64,000 nucleotides of DNA, taken from Aplysia californica. Lineage: Eukaryota. The position numbers and the translations under genes were made by a program. The notes under the pieces were generated by a model. The model made no database searches, had not been told where the DNA came from, and was given only the letters and a program-made list of their open reading frames with translations. Shown here one piece after another: positions 38,501 to 52,900 of the stretch (the first letter of the stretch is position 1; each line of letters begins with the position of its first letter). The stretch spans positions 1,432,736 through 1,496,735 of the forward strand of contig NW_004797314.1 of the NCBI RefSeq assembly GCF_000002075.1. The letters are read 5' to 3'.

Positions 38501-41500
38501 CATCAATTCAGTCTCTGCAGGCCTACTCAGCCAAAGAAACAACATTTATATAAATTTATAGGTTTACTATTTACGCCCTTTTATTCTCTCCATCCGTGGA
38601 CCAGAGCAAAAGGCTGAGCCTCACAATCTTGCATGACAATAGTCTTAATGTCCCTGAAAGTGGAAGTTATCTGCAATTAACATCTGCACTGTTACTTTTG
38701 CACACTGCTGATGTTCTGTTAACTTATTAACCTACTCCTCCTCGATGTTTCCTTAATCTTGAAATTCTTGAACCTGGTAAGCCCCAGGTGTGCCAACCTT
38801 ACAGAAATAGCTCTGAGCTGGGTTACCGGCCCTACAGAATTCCAAGAAATATGCTCCACACCCGTTAACCAGCCTTATGGTATACCAAGAATTACACCTC
38901 AGGTTGGCTTACAATCCGAAAAGGTTCCGCCCAAACCCAATATTTAAGGGAAAACTTTCTCACCTGCATGTGTGCAGCTCCGCCGGTGATGTTGACATTC
39001 GTCACTGTGCTTGCCCCAGCAGCCTTCCCACGCTGGAGCTGTTCCCACATTTCTGGGCTGAGCGGGATGTTGCCAGAGTTGAGTTTATCCAGCAGGATTT
39101 TCAGTGCTGCCATAAGGTCATCCTCACGGCCTTGACTTGTGCCTGGGATTTTCATTACAATTTTAAGGGTCTGACACATGACGCATATATACCTTTTTAC
39201 TGGACATTCAGAACATTGTTGTGGGATTTTTGTAAAATAAGGAGTTCTTGTCTCTTGCAAAAAGTTGGCCATAGGGCAAAAATCATTCAAAAGTACATGT
39301 TTCTCCCAAAACCTAATAGTGTAACCACCCCCTAGAAAAAGTCCTTCAACTGATAACCTCAGTTTTCAGGATATTTGTTCACTTCAAATTGCACATATCA
39401 ATGAAAGTTTACTTTTGTCAAAGTAATTACAAACAATGAAAATGTACTTGAGGATAGTAGCTGAGATTACCCTCCCCTGAGCATTGTGCAAATGTGGCAA
39501 AAAATGTCTTTGACTGCCACATCCATAAATGCACTATATACACTTTGGGGTACAGTGTCTTCTAACATCTTTTATCTCAGACCTTTGGTGCTAATGGTGA
39601 GCTGCTAGGTCGGCAGAAAGGAGAGCGCATACAGCTGTAGCAAGAGTTATCCCTGGAGGAGCAAGATTTCTAAGTCTAAAACTCACCGGCAAATTTGCCC
39701 TTAGTTCCGCCCTCTCCCATCGTGAGACTGGCTCCGACAATTGTGGCACCAGCAGCAGCTGCCGCAGCGCCTTGCAGACCGTCCTTCTCAATGGCTGCTT
39801 GGCGGGCTTCAAGAGCAGCCATTTTCTCTGGGTCAAGGTCATTGAGCAGTTTTTTTAGTTCTTCATTTTGCTGACAGATGCGGTTGTAGAATGACTCGAG
39901 GTCTTCTTGTTGACGGGCCAACTGAGAGGCCAGATGTAGATTCTGATCTTCCAACTTGTCATACAGAACCCGAACATTGAAGTCATCCAGATCGTCAGCA
40001 GATTTACCTGTTATAGAAGCATTTACATATTATCAGGTCACAGAAAGATGACAGCCAATAGACAAGCTGAGCATAAACTGCACTATCCAGAAAAAAACCT
40101 AACTCTTTATATTAGACATTACTTAACAAAAAATGTCCAGCAGTTTAGCAGCATTTTCAGCATTTTTTAACAAGCCTAAATTAAGCTCATGACTTTCACC
40201 TTTGTGAAAACAACTTTTGAAGCTAACAAGCATCATTCTCAACACTTGCCCTGGGTACAGCTTTCATACTCTTCACTGTGTCATAAATAGTACAGTGAGA
40301 GGCTACATTCCCATTGCTACTTGATTACCAGCGGACTTCAAATTTACACATGAGCTTGCTTTTTTCAGATACCAGGGATCATAACAGGTGGAATATGCGT
40401 TTATTCATTTATCTGATAAAAGCAGAACTAGTGCTGACAAAGGTTCCAAAGTAAAGATACTATGCTGGTATAGAATTGTTAAAATAACAGTAAATACAGA
40501 GTACATAGCACAGAGCAAGGCCTACCTTTATCAGCCAGAATGGGATCAGCCTCAGCTCCCTCCACTCCTGGTCTGGGGCCAAGAGCATCAGTTTTACTGA
40601 AGATCAAATACACAGTTATTTTGTAACGAGAAAGCCTGTCAAAAGAGAAGGAGCTTGACTGAAAATAAAGAACAGCCTTGGACAAATTTATAGAATTCTG
40701 ATGGGACCTGAAGTATTGTCTGATTCTTCTCAGGCTATCTTTGTTTCTTTGTTTCTAATCTACACACTCTTTCTCTTTATTTTAATCCTCATTTTCTGAA
40801 TTCTCCCCCCCACCCCCACAATTTTAGTAAAAAGACAAAACAACAGAAGACAACAACACTAACTGTGTAACTGATGTTATGAACACATTCTGCTTCATTT
40901 CATTGCGTTCATGCATAAGAAGTTTGTATAAAAACATGTAATCACCTGATATATCTCTCTGGCCAGTTATCTGGATCATAACGTAGGTACGATGGTACAG
41001 GTGGCGGCAGACCAAGTTTCCTGTACTGTGGCTTCCAGTGTTTGACTGGATAGATTACTGAGTCATGAGGACGCCAGACAATGACTGCCACCACAAGAAG
41101 CAGTACCAAGGCAGCGAAGAAGGCAATCAAACCTGTGTAGTGAGGGAAACAAATCTTTCATAAATCAATCTGAAAGTTTCAATAGGACAAGTCATAAAAA
41201 AGATAAAAAGTGTTATAAACGACCTATCACACCCCCTTTCCATGCAAATTGTAAGATCATGCAACGGCAGATATGTACCTCTATAACCAAAGAAAGAAAG
41301 GTATAAAGAACTTTTTTAACCATCTACCATAAGGCTATTGTCAGAATAAGCATCAATGTGTATTGCTCTTTCGAGTATGTATCTATATAACTCTATAGGT
41401 TTTGTAATTAAATTCCTGCATGTGGTTGAATGATGCATCTGATATGATATGTACATTTTGTCAGCTTTACTTTTCTTTACATATTAAATTTTAATTAGAG

Positions 41501-44500
41501 TAATATACAATATAGATTTTTATGTATACCTGCATGTGTTTATACGGTCCTGTACAGCCAAGAAAAATGTTCCTCTGGGATAATAAAGTATTATCTTATC
41601 TTATCTTAACTTGAGTCCTTAGGAAAGTAAAACAGTTGTCAGATACATCTATCTGGTAATGTAAGGCTGACATCAATATCTAAAGACCCTCCTAGTGTCT
41701 AAGAAGATCTTTATAAACCCAAACAGAAGTGTTACGCTTAATGTTTGTTAAACTACGCTTCTACCGACAACAATTGTCTCATAAGAAATGACATTTCAAA
41801 TACAAACTTTTAAGGGACAAATGCTTGTCAAGGACATATGGGTCAAAAGCCCTTCTTTTCTTTGATCAAGGGGGGGGGGGGGGGGGGGTAAGAAAAAATG
41901 GGAAGGGAGAACTATCACCTCATCACTCATCACAATTTCAAAATAGCAATCGTTAATTTCGTGAGGTCTCATGACACTTTTCTCAACAACTGATTAAACA
42001 TCTTCTTTGAATGGTTTATCTTTTGCTATCTTTCTGGTTAATTCCTTTTAAAATAATGTTCAAATATCTTAAAAGAGAGAACATTCTGTTTCAACTTATG
42101 ATAACCAGTCCACGTTTAGAAAAGCTGTATTTCTTGTTGAAGGGCATAATGGGTCCGTATATGACCTTTTGGCATGATGGGGAAGATATTTACTTCAAAG
42201 TGAAAAGTAGAGCCATTTAAAGGTTACTCAAGGCCAAAAAGGGATGAATGGAGTCAAAGATACCCTCCAAAGAACAACATGAAGATCCTATGAGCAATAC
42301 ACCAGGGTCACATCCGACAATCACATCTCCCCTTGACACCTCGTAGCGTAAGAGGACAGAAAAGGTAAAAAATGAGTAAGTCTAATTCTCTACTTTATAC
42401 TCGCAGTTCTTTAGGTATTTTTCCAGTCTCACTACCCTGCAGAGACAAAAATCTCACCAACAATAATTCCCCAGTCGGGCTCCTCGTTGGCCACACTCTG
42501 CTTGTAGACCCCAAGTCCCACCAGGTTGGAAGATGTGGCCGGCATCATGCGGGCTGAGGTGGAACTACAGGAAGTACCAGTCGCCTTCACTTCAATCGTC
42601 ACCTCCCTGCAGATAGCAAATTATTCTAGTCACATTTGTTTCTTTAAACAACAGGTCTTCTTATCTTCTGTTACAGTTAGCACTGGACATGAAAATCTAT
42701 TAAACGTAAACAACTATCAAGTAGTTCTGTGAGACTTTAAGATCACATGCAGCTCAAACAAAACAAAACCAAGGTTTTTGAAAAAGGGTGCCTCAATACC
42801 TGACTAAATAACCTTTCTTTTCTACCTCCCTGACAGAATGCACTTTAGCACTTTTTACAATTTGAATAAAATATAGATCAATACTCGCTATACTATTTTT
42901 TTAAGAGTTAAAAACTATTGCAGTATGTTTTATGTTCGTACCAAGAAGGCTCTTGCGCATCAGCAAACACATAAGTCCCAGCAGCTGTGAAAGCATGAGC
43001 AAAGGATGTGATGGAAGCATTGGTGTTGTCAATCAGGTTCTGTAGCTGCGTGAAGGCACCATAGTCAAAGGTGGGGTTGGAGTTGTACAGATGATTCTTC
43101 ACATATACCTGAAAAAATTCAAATAAAGACAGTCTTAGAAAAAGGTTTTAAACACATATATCAGCTAATCATCATTAACAAAAACAGCAACACTTATTGA
43201 AACATATTAACAAAATTCACAACAACAAAATTTCAAATTGCAGAAACAACTGAAAGATATTGTCGAAAGAAAATTCACATTTCATCTTTTGAAGAATCCT
43301 ACATCAAAGAAGTACAATGTTTAAGGCTCTTTTTTTTTTATCCAATACGCCAACAATTTTTTTTACAAAAGATCGGATAGAAGGGAAAAGATGCCCACTG
43401 TCTAGACAGAAGGACATTGCACGTTAGCAAAAAGTTAAAAACAGGAGAGGGGCTTACAAATCCTAAACAAGACTGGCCCACAACTTAGACCCCTGAAAAC
43501 TTGTAAAACAGTGTCTATCTGATGTGTTAAAACTTGCTGCACCACTCTAGAGCACAAACATGAAGTCAGAACGCTAAAACTCACAGGATAGTGGCTTGAC
43601 GCACGGTCGGTGGAGTTGATCCAGACATTAAAGAGAACAATTTCTCCCAGCTCCAGACACAGGGCAGGATTGGTGATCATGTTAAAGGGGATTGTGGTTG
43701 ACAACAAACGTCTTCTTCCTATCGGCACACCAGAGCCCAGTGTTGGCAGGTCATCTGTAAGGTGGGTCAGAAAAGTAAAACACCATTAACTTGTAATCAA
43801 AGAATTCATTATGATCATGATTCTAAAATTATAATTTATTCACGCACGTTTGAAGAGACATATCTGAATATTTATCACTATCTCTAAGCTTTTGGAAAGC
43901 CTGAGCATGAACAGCTGCTGGCATGTAACCAGCCTCAGTGACTCTGTTAATCAAATGTCTCATGACAGTAATAATGTTTCATTTGATGGGAATGATGTAT
44001 TCATCTCCTTTTATCAATTTTAAACAGTCAAAAATAAATCTAACTAGTGGTTGTTTTTTTAAATTTTCTATTTTCCACAATAAATTTAATGTCCTTAATA
44101 AAACACCTTTCACAAGGATCATAGTCTCTCCTTGCTGAGCCAAAAATTGAACTCATAATCATAGGGTTGTGGGTCTGATGTCATAACTACAAGACTTACA
44201 CCCCCCCCCCCTCCCATGTCACTATCTAAAACATAATATGAAAACATGGATGATACAAAATGCATACTGATAGAGGAGACACCTCCAGAAAGCTATGATT
44301 TCTCTGACTTGATCATGTAACCAATAATCATATTTACACAATATATCTTGGGCAGATGCAGCATCAGTGTACACGGAGCCCGCCACACCGGTGTCAAAGA
44401 AGTTGATGACATAGACATTGCTGGAGCCGGTGGTGGCCTCGCTTGGCCCGTACACATCCGTCTTGGTCTACAGTCACAGAAAAGGGAACAGAATTTCAAT

Positions 44501-46916
44501 ATTATCAGAACAATAACAAAATAGTATGTGCATAGCACATCTCTTGCTTGAGTTTCACCAGATATCATTAACGATACATTATTTTGATTATTTGTCTTTG
44601 TACATTTCTTTCATCATACCAGGTTATTTGAGAACAATAAAGAAGAGCAATTTTGACTTTCAAGTGAATCAGTGGCTTGGTCAAGCTGTAACCACTAGAT
44701 TTACTTAAAAGTATGTTGTGAACTTGATGCAGCATTTTCTAGCTGCTTATACTCCAGTAGTCAGCCATAAAACATGTATAATAGTCTTTTAATTACTTTA
44801 CGTCCACTTTCAGTTTTGCTCTTTTATTAGTCAAGAAGTACCAAGATGATAGTAAACATTCAGCCATGATTTCATAGGGAAGGGAAGGGTATATTTTCTT
44901 ATCGAACATCTTCACTATATTCCAGTATAAGTATCGAATATCATGACAGTCAGTACATATCCTACTTTAGCATTCCTATTCTCCCTTTTCTTGGTTCATT
45001 TTTCATTTCTATCCTCTTTTGAAACCAATTTGGGTTTTTTTCCATTTGTCAAGCAAGTTTTCTAAATATCACAAAATCAGTGCATTTTGCAAACTTACAA
45101 AAGCGGTAGTTGTGCCAGTGACAGGATCAGTGATGGAGATACTGATGGTTCCATCCGAGGCCAGCTCTAGCTGTACGCCCGGCTGAGTTGTGCTCTGACA
45201 CGTGATGTTGCAGATCTCTGTGTAGTCTTTGTAGTTGTCACATTGGCAGCTAAGCAAGACAAAAAAACAAGACATAGCATATGGGGTCAATAGGTTTTTA
45301 ATTTTCATAGCATAAATAAATTTCAACAAGATTCTGACTTGATGAAAAGTAAGACTAATCCAGTAAGCAATATTTGATAAAGTTTTAATACACTATGGTA
45401 GAATCTTTCAATTTTATTTACATCAGTTAAGAAATGGTCAATGAAGATACTTGAGATATTAAAATCGACAGAAGTAGTAAGCAAAATAGGCCATAAACTT
45501 GGAAGTCAGTTGAACTGTAGGCGGAAGAGCACAGGGTATACAGGAGGAGGAGGAGGAGGAAAAGAAAAAACAAACTACACTGTACTTACTATCCCAGACT
45601 GACTTGCACCGATCCTCCATTAGGGCAAGTTGTGGTACAGTCCACAGCACTGGGGTTCTTGCAGGTTCTGTCACTGGCCCAGCGTACCTCCGTGGTGGAA
45701 CAAGAGCTGTCCACAACCTGCTGGCAGTTCGCATCCGAGTCTCCATTGACCGCTTGACCCTCCGCCTCGTCGTAGAAGATGTAGCCCGAGAGACACTCGC
45801 AGCTGCCATCAGAGGGCTGGTAGTAACGGTATTTGCCGATACATGAGCACATTGAGCTGCCCACACTTGATGTTGCCGAGCTACCACAGACCCGACAGTA
45901 CTGCTGACCTTCAAGGTCATTGTAGGTACCCTCTGGACAATTGGTGCAATCCGCATACTCTGTGGCTAGTTCTCTGGTTCCATACATGCCCTGGAAGTTA
46001 ATATGGTGTAATGAAACTAGGATGAGATATATTTGAATCGAAGCAATCAACAGTAACAGTGTGACTACTTAATCCTACTTATGATAAGTTTCAATTGGGT
46101 AATAAAAGAAGTCTTAGTAAATTATTTTTTTTTAAAATAGGATCATATTAGATTTAAAGACCATAGTACCCTAAACATTTAGAAATAAAGTGGCATAATC
46201 CTGGGGAAAGAGCAGTATTTTTTTTGTTCCAGGAACACACTTGATAAAGGATACATGTTTAAGAAAATGTTTTTTCATTCCCCTTGAATGAATATATGAA
46301 GTCGGTTAGAAATAGAATGATTTTAGATAGAAATTCACTAGCTATTATCCTCATTTAAACATCATTTGTCATGACAATTTTTCGTTGCTGCAAAAACCAT
46401 TATCTTTCCCTACCACAAGGAAAAGTGCTAATCAAATTGTACTTTGAACAATCTTTGTACTTGAGAACAAGGTAACTTTGCTGTGTAAACAGTGGGGTTT
46501 TTTTGTTTTTGCAAGTCTTACCGCAGGACATGGCAGATACCATGGGGAACCTTCAGGACAATAGGAACCTATAGGGCATGGGTTGTCAGTGCCATGGTGA
46601 GTCATCGCGGGACAGTAGTAGCCCGCAGGGCAGATGTAGCAGTCCGCTCTATCCGTATCATTGCCATAGTAGCCGGCAGGGCAAGGGGAGCAAGATTTGG
46701 CCAGGGTGTCTCGAATGCCACTTGGGTGGTCAGCCTTGTATCCTGGACGCAAATAGAAAATACAATTAGCAGGAAATACGAACCAGACAAAAATGTTTTT
46801 CAGAAAAGTATATTTATAATGCTGGAACTCTATATCTGATATATCTGTCAGTTTTGTTTGTTTGTTTGTTTGTTTGTTGAAATTTATGCATGTCGTTGTG
46901 GTACTGAGCTTTAGAG

Positions 46917-46981
<65 letters not shown>

Positions 46982-49900
46982 GTGAGTGTCTGTGTGCGTG
47001 TGTGTTTTGTAAGCACCACCGAGCACTTTTTATGGATTCTGGCGCGTTATAAATTCATTTATTAATATTATTATTATTATTATCTGCGTACAAATATACT
47101 GGTATTGCCTTTACTAGTATAGTGAAATTGTCCAAGATGACCATCCTTCATCGAGGTGACATGCGATTGTCTTAGACAGGTGGACATCTTGGGTAGTATC
47201 ATTATAATAGTTTTAAAAATGCAAGGGTGGAAGTTGGAAGTGGCAATTTATGCGGCTAATTATCTTGGACTGGCGGTCGTTAAAGCAGATTCGACTGTAT
47301 TTTTATTTTGTTAGTAGTCGACTCAAACTTCCTCCTAACATTTATGTAAATAGTAGGGTGAGTACCCCTAAACAGTCTCACAGAAGGTGCTACTGCAGGC
47401 ACCATTCCCACTGCCATTCAGCCACCAGTTTGCTTCACATCTGGAGGCAAACACAGTATATCATAGCTCCAGGCTTCAGTGCAGACAGAAAGTGTATGAG
47501 TTCACCAGCAGCTGGACTTCACTCGATCGTTTGCAACAGCGATTATGTGTAATTGAGAATTCAGGATAAATCTGATAACTTGGTTCGTGAGAAATATCTT
47601 TTGTACATGCTTATCCATTATCTTTTATTAGTACTAGATGTTCAAAACTGTCTAACATTAAAGTTTTTAAAAAAAGTTATTGTTCACAGCTGATTTTTAC
47701 TTCACAAGGAAAAAAGTAGAAAAATACCTAGTGGGCACATTAAGCTCATGTTGCTGCCCTCGGGACAGTAGAACGGGTAAAGACACAGTATGGGCGTGTC
47801 TGTGGCGTTTGGACACTTGTAGCCACCGGGGCAGATGTATGGATCTCCAGTTGTTCCATTACAGAAATATCCTGGCCGGCAATCGATTTCAATTGAGGCC
47901 CCTGTAATAAAAAGGAAATAATTGAAACAAGAGTGAATTATTCGAGCACATAACAAACAACAAAAAACTTGAAAACACGAGACTGATTTGTGGAATCTAA
48001 AAAGATTAGAGTTGGAAATTAGCAGTTTAACAAAGTCAGCATAATAACAGTCACATTTCACTCCGATGTAATTAAATTAATAAAAACAGTGGAAAGAACT
48101 AGAGAGGGCAGATCACACAACAGTCCCTACTTTTTTGTTTTAGTAGAGGTTTTACGGTACTCGAATAATGAATTTTCATAAATCAGTTTTATTCTCATAG
48201 CAACCTACCCTCTGGACACTCAAACGTCTCTCTGCAGGGTATGCCTTGAGTGTTGTCCGTGTCATTAGGGCAGTAGTACCCTGGTCGACACAGGGGACAG
48301 TCGTCAGTTGATCCTGCCCCAGGTGTGTCCCTCATGCGTCCCGCTGGACACAGGCGAGGCTCATCTCCCTCCAGACAGAAGAAGCCGGGAGGACACAGAT
48401 TCCACTCATAGCTTGCCATACCTGAAGACACACAGAGAAAATAACCAAAGGGATACACTGAATTAACACACACATATTGTAATATAAAGCTGGCTATACT
48501 TGTACAATGTTGTTGGGGAGTTAAAAAGGGCAAGAGAGAGATACTTGTACATAAAGAACAAAAAAATGACAAACCCTACAGGAACATATCATGATACAGC
48601 TTTTTTGTTTAAAAAAATCCAAAAGATAAGTCTCTATAGAAATTCAAACGTAAAGCTAATTGAGAACATCATTTGCAAACTTTGACGTATTCAATTGGTA
48701 AAATAAAAAATTCTAAGACTAGTTGAACAATTCAATAGTGTGATGGTTTTTGTGTTCTTGTTTCCACATTCTTGTGTGCATATTAGTTATTATTCCTCGA
48801 GCACAGACATGAAATATTGATGTTTTGAGACAGTGTATAACAAATTTAAACAAATGTAATCATATAACAGCAGTCCGACAGTATCAAATTGTTACGCCAA
48901 TACAGTTCAACCTGCTCTAATGGCCACCTGTATGAGACAATCACCTGTACAAATGGCCACTTTCCATTTTTCCCCTTGCATTTTTTGGGGGCATTATAAT
49001 GACACTGTGAGATTGCCTCTTGTATAAAGTATCCTCTTTTCTCTTAGACAATTTTGACTATATCTCCATACCAGTGTAGTTGCACCAATAGCCAGCTGGA
49101 CAGGGGAAGCAATCAGTGATGACAGCTGCTCCGGTAATGTTCCTGTAAGTCAAGCGAGGACAGGGCTCAGTGCCGTTGCCTTTCAGACAGTACTGGCCAA
49201 CAGGGCACGGCTCTGGGTTGGTGGTTCCTGGGGTAGAGAAACATATGTTCCAAGTCTTGTGAAACACAGCTCGCTCGGGTGAAGGGTTTAAATCAGCACA
49301 TCTCATAATTCTTAAGTCACCCTTAAACTAATGAAGTTTGTAAATACTCTATCTGCCTTAATTTTAAAGTGAAAAGCTCGGCATTGCGCCAAGTAATTTT
49401 ATTCTATTTATTAGATGATTTATTGACACTCAGATGAATATCAAATTAGCATTATCATCTGCGGAACAAAGATCAGAGTTGAAGACAATCAAATCATGAA
49501 CAGAGTAAAAAAAAGAAAAGTTAAATACAGAAGAACATACCTCTATCAATAAGTTCAATGATAATTTGTGTAGCAATAAGAAAAAATTGTGTCACTTGTT
49601 GCTCTGAGTTGGCTCGAGATATCTGGCCAAAAGCCTCGATTTTCTCATAACCTAGTGCTCCTGACTCCCCTGTTTTTATCAACTTTTAGGGCTTGAACAG
49701 ATCTATAATTTGATACCACATTGGTACACAGTCAAAATGCAACAAATGACTCATTTTGGCGTGAAGTTTTGCACATATCACCCTGCATATAACCGCCCTT
49801 AACACAATCTCCTTTTACTGTAATCTTAAACTAAAAACTAAAACCACAGCTACCTCCTTTCAAAATTCACATCTCCATGGGGACAATCTCCAACAAAATT

Positions 49901-52900
49901 ACTGAAATACTGTCATTAACAAGGTGCATGCACCTCACAGCTATTTGAAGGTAAACTGATTAAGTAAAGCCAGTGCTCTTTGAGAGAAAGAACAATGGAA
50001 GAAACTCATATCTAAGAGCTTAAATACCTTCAGGACAGAGGGATCCGGCAGGACAGCTAGCGCAGTCTGACTCCTGAGCAGCTCCCACTGTGTCCCTGTA
50101 TGTGTCGGCAGGACACGGCACTGGGAGCTCTATGCCGTCAGGGCAGTAGGAGCCAGTGGGGCAGAGGCCAGCACAGACAGTGTCAGCAACACATGCGGTG
50201 AAGTCTGATGTGGAGTTGGGCATGTTCTCCAATGAGCCTGACTTGCAGTAGTAGCCAGCTGAGCAGTTGCCATACAGTTGGCCGTTTCTGAGAAAATAAA
50301 GAGATGTGGTAAGAATGTAAAATAGTAAAGCATTGAGCTCAGAAACAAGAGAACAGAAAGACCACTTCAGTCGTCCTTTTTGAGAATTTATCTTTTGTTC
50401 CTTCTTTTCACTTAAACATTTCTGAGCAAGTAAAGAAACGTTGGAAGTTACAATGATAAAAACAACACTGCAGAGTAATGAAAAACTGGATCTAAAGTAA
50501 AAGCAGTTCAAGTAAAAACAATTGTGAGGCAGTGTGGTGAAATCAGGTGCTCGTCAATATAATGAAAGTGAATAAACTAGCATTTTTCAGCAGGTTTATG
50601 GATTTTTATCGAATTTCGTATTTTGGCTCAACACCTTTCATGCCCACTAAAGAACACATTTCTGAGTGGATTTTACTGGAAAAGGTTGATTAAAGACACA
50701 AAAAATGTAAATTTTGAGTTTCCACTGACTCTCAAGCTAAGGATATTATAACTAATCTTTGGCAGCCATTTTCTCACTAATTTTATCTCTGAAACCAGGT
50801 GACCCCCACCTCCTTCGTTTGCAAATATCTGAACTTCAATTCAAGAGAGAGGGGTATTTTTTTGCTAGAAGCAAGACAAATGAACAAGCTTTATGACAAT
50901 ATTAATAACTCCATATGCCCCAAAATTGACTAGCGCCTGAATCCACCGCGTCGTGACACAATTGTTCAATTGAACCTTTTAGTTTGTTAACAATATTCCA
51001 ATTTAAAAGATAAGCATAGAAATATCAGTCTTCACCTGCAAAACTGCCCAGCCTCACAAGGCAGGCAATCTGACTGAGACTGAAGTTTAGTCATGTTGTC
51101 GTATGTGAACGTTCCATCTGCACAAGGGATTGGAGTAACAGTACCTACAGAGAAAATACAAAAGAATACATTTTATGTCATCATTTCGACAAGCTATGCC
51201 GGTATACAAAATTTTGTTTTCTCCGCATTTCTTGCAAGGAGGGTCCACCTAAAGGACCATTCGTTTCCTACTGATCATCAGACATGAAAACCAGTTTGTA
51301 CTCTTAGACTATACAGGCTGATTCTCAAAGCTACAATGATTGCACATCTAGATATCTTTGGATATTGCTAGAGCAAAAATTTATTGAATTTTTGTCAAAA
51401 GATAAGTCACCAAAATACTTTATCTTCCTTAGTTGTTTGATACTGCACCAGTTGATGAGATGGTACTATGTAAAATTTACAGGTTTTTAGCACTGGATAT
51501 GGGATAAAGTATGCAAGGCTGTTATATATGTCTGGTTTGGATGATGAAAGACTTGCGAGTTGATTCTCTACAGAAGGATGGTATATCAAGTTAAAAGAAC
51601 AACCCATTATAGTCTTTCATTAAAGAAATCACAACATTAACATCTGAAACACAGACAGCTTATGAAATTACCAGTGTAACTAATAGCTCTGCTTACCATT
51701 TGGACAGAAATTGTATTGTGGGCAGTCCTTCAGTTCTGGAGGAATTGTGCTTGGGCAGTAGGAACCTGCCGGACATGAGTCACATGTCCACTGACCGCTA
51801 CTAATTTGGAACAAGCCTGGTGGGCAAATATTAGGATCTGCAGTGCCTTCAGGGCAGTAGTAGCCGACAGGACACAGATAGCCAGACGGTGTCGGAGAGA
51901 TGATGCTGTCGTTAGCTGGACAATAGTAGCCCTGTGTGCACAGACCTGCTGGATCTGTCTGGCCGTCCTGGTCACAGTAGTAGCCACCAGGGCAAGGCAA
52001 ACAGTCTGTCTCCGCCTGACCACCTGTGGAGAAAGATACAAGAGAAGGAGCCTAAGTTCATCGACGTGGAGTTACTTTTTCAGTCTTGTATCTTATCAGA
52101 CACAGACCAGTCATTTTTGGAATTGACATATTACTGTAAGTTTGATTTCAACCTACCTTGTCTGTTTCATAGTTATAAAATTCTTTGCTTTGATGCAACG
52201 GACAAGAGGATCTGAAAACTGATACTAGGAGCACTATTTGTCCATTGTACTGGTTCATTCTCCGGCAGCAGATTGCCACGACCCACTGGGATAAGATATT
52301 GAGAAATATGTACAAAGTGTCTAGACCATGTTAAGAGGACAGAAAATATAATTAAAACTGAAAACTTTTCTTTCAGGCTTATCAATAAAACAAACACAAG
52401 GAAAAGGATGCTTCTACAATGTGTGTATTACCAAGTTAAAACTACAGTTAAAGCTCCAGTTCCCACTGAAGTTTTAAATGAATTCTTTACAACAAAGCAA
52501 GACATTATTCAGTGGTCCCACTCCCAGACAGTTTTACAAAAAACTTCACAGATCACCTGCTTTGATTCTTGATTACTTGATTCCAGAACTGGGGTCTTCA
52601 GAGACGGATTCTATCCATAACGCCTAACCCCTCCTCAACAGGGTTGAAAAATTTGATTCTTTAACTGATTCAGCCCGCAGCACCGCTCACAGCGGCTGAC
52701 AATCTCCTGTGTTTTGACGAAGAGTCACTCAGAGCAGCTCTTATCTATTGCTCCCTTTTCTTCGCATCACTTTCCTCTCGTCTTTTTTCCGAACTGCTTA
52801 CATTCCAACCCTTTATTCTGGTTTTATTGAATATTATTTTGTATTCTGAACATTTTTGTATGTCACACATAAGGTTTTTATCAAATTAAGATATTCCTTT

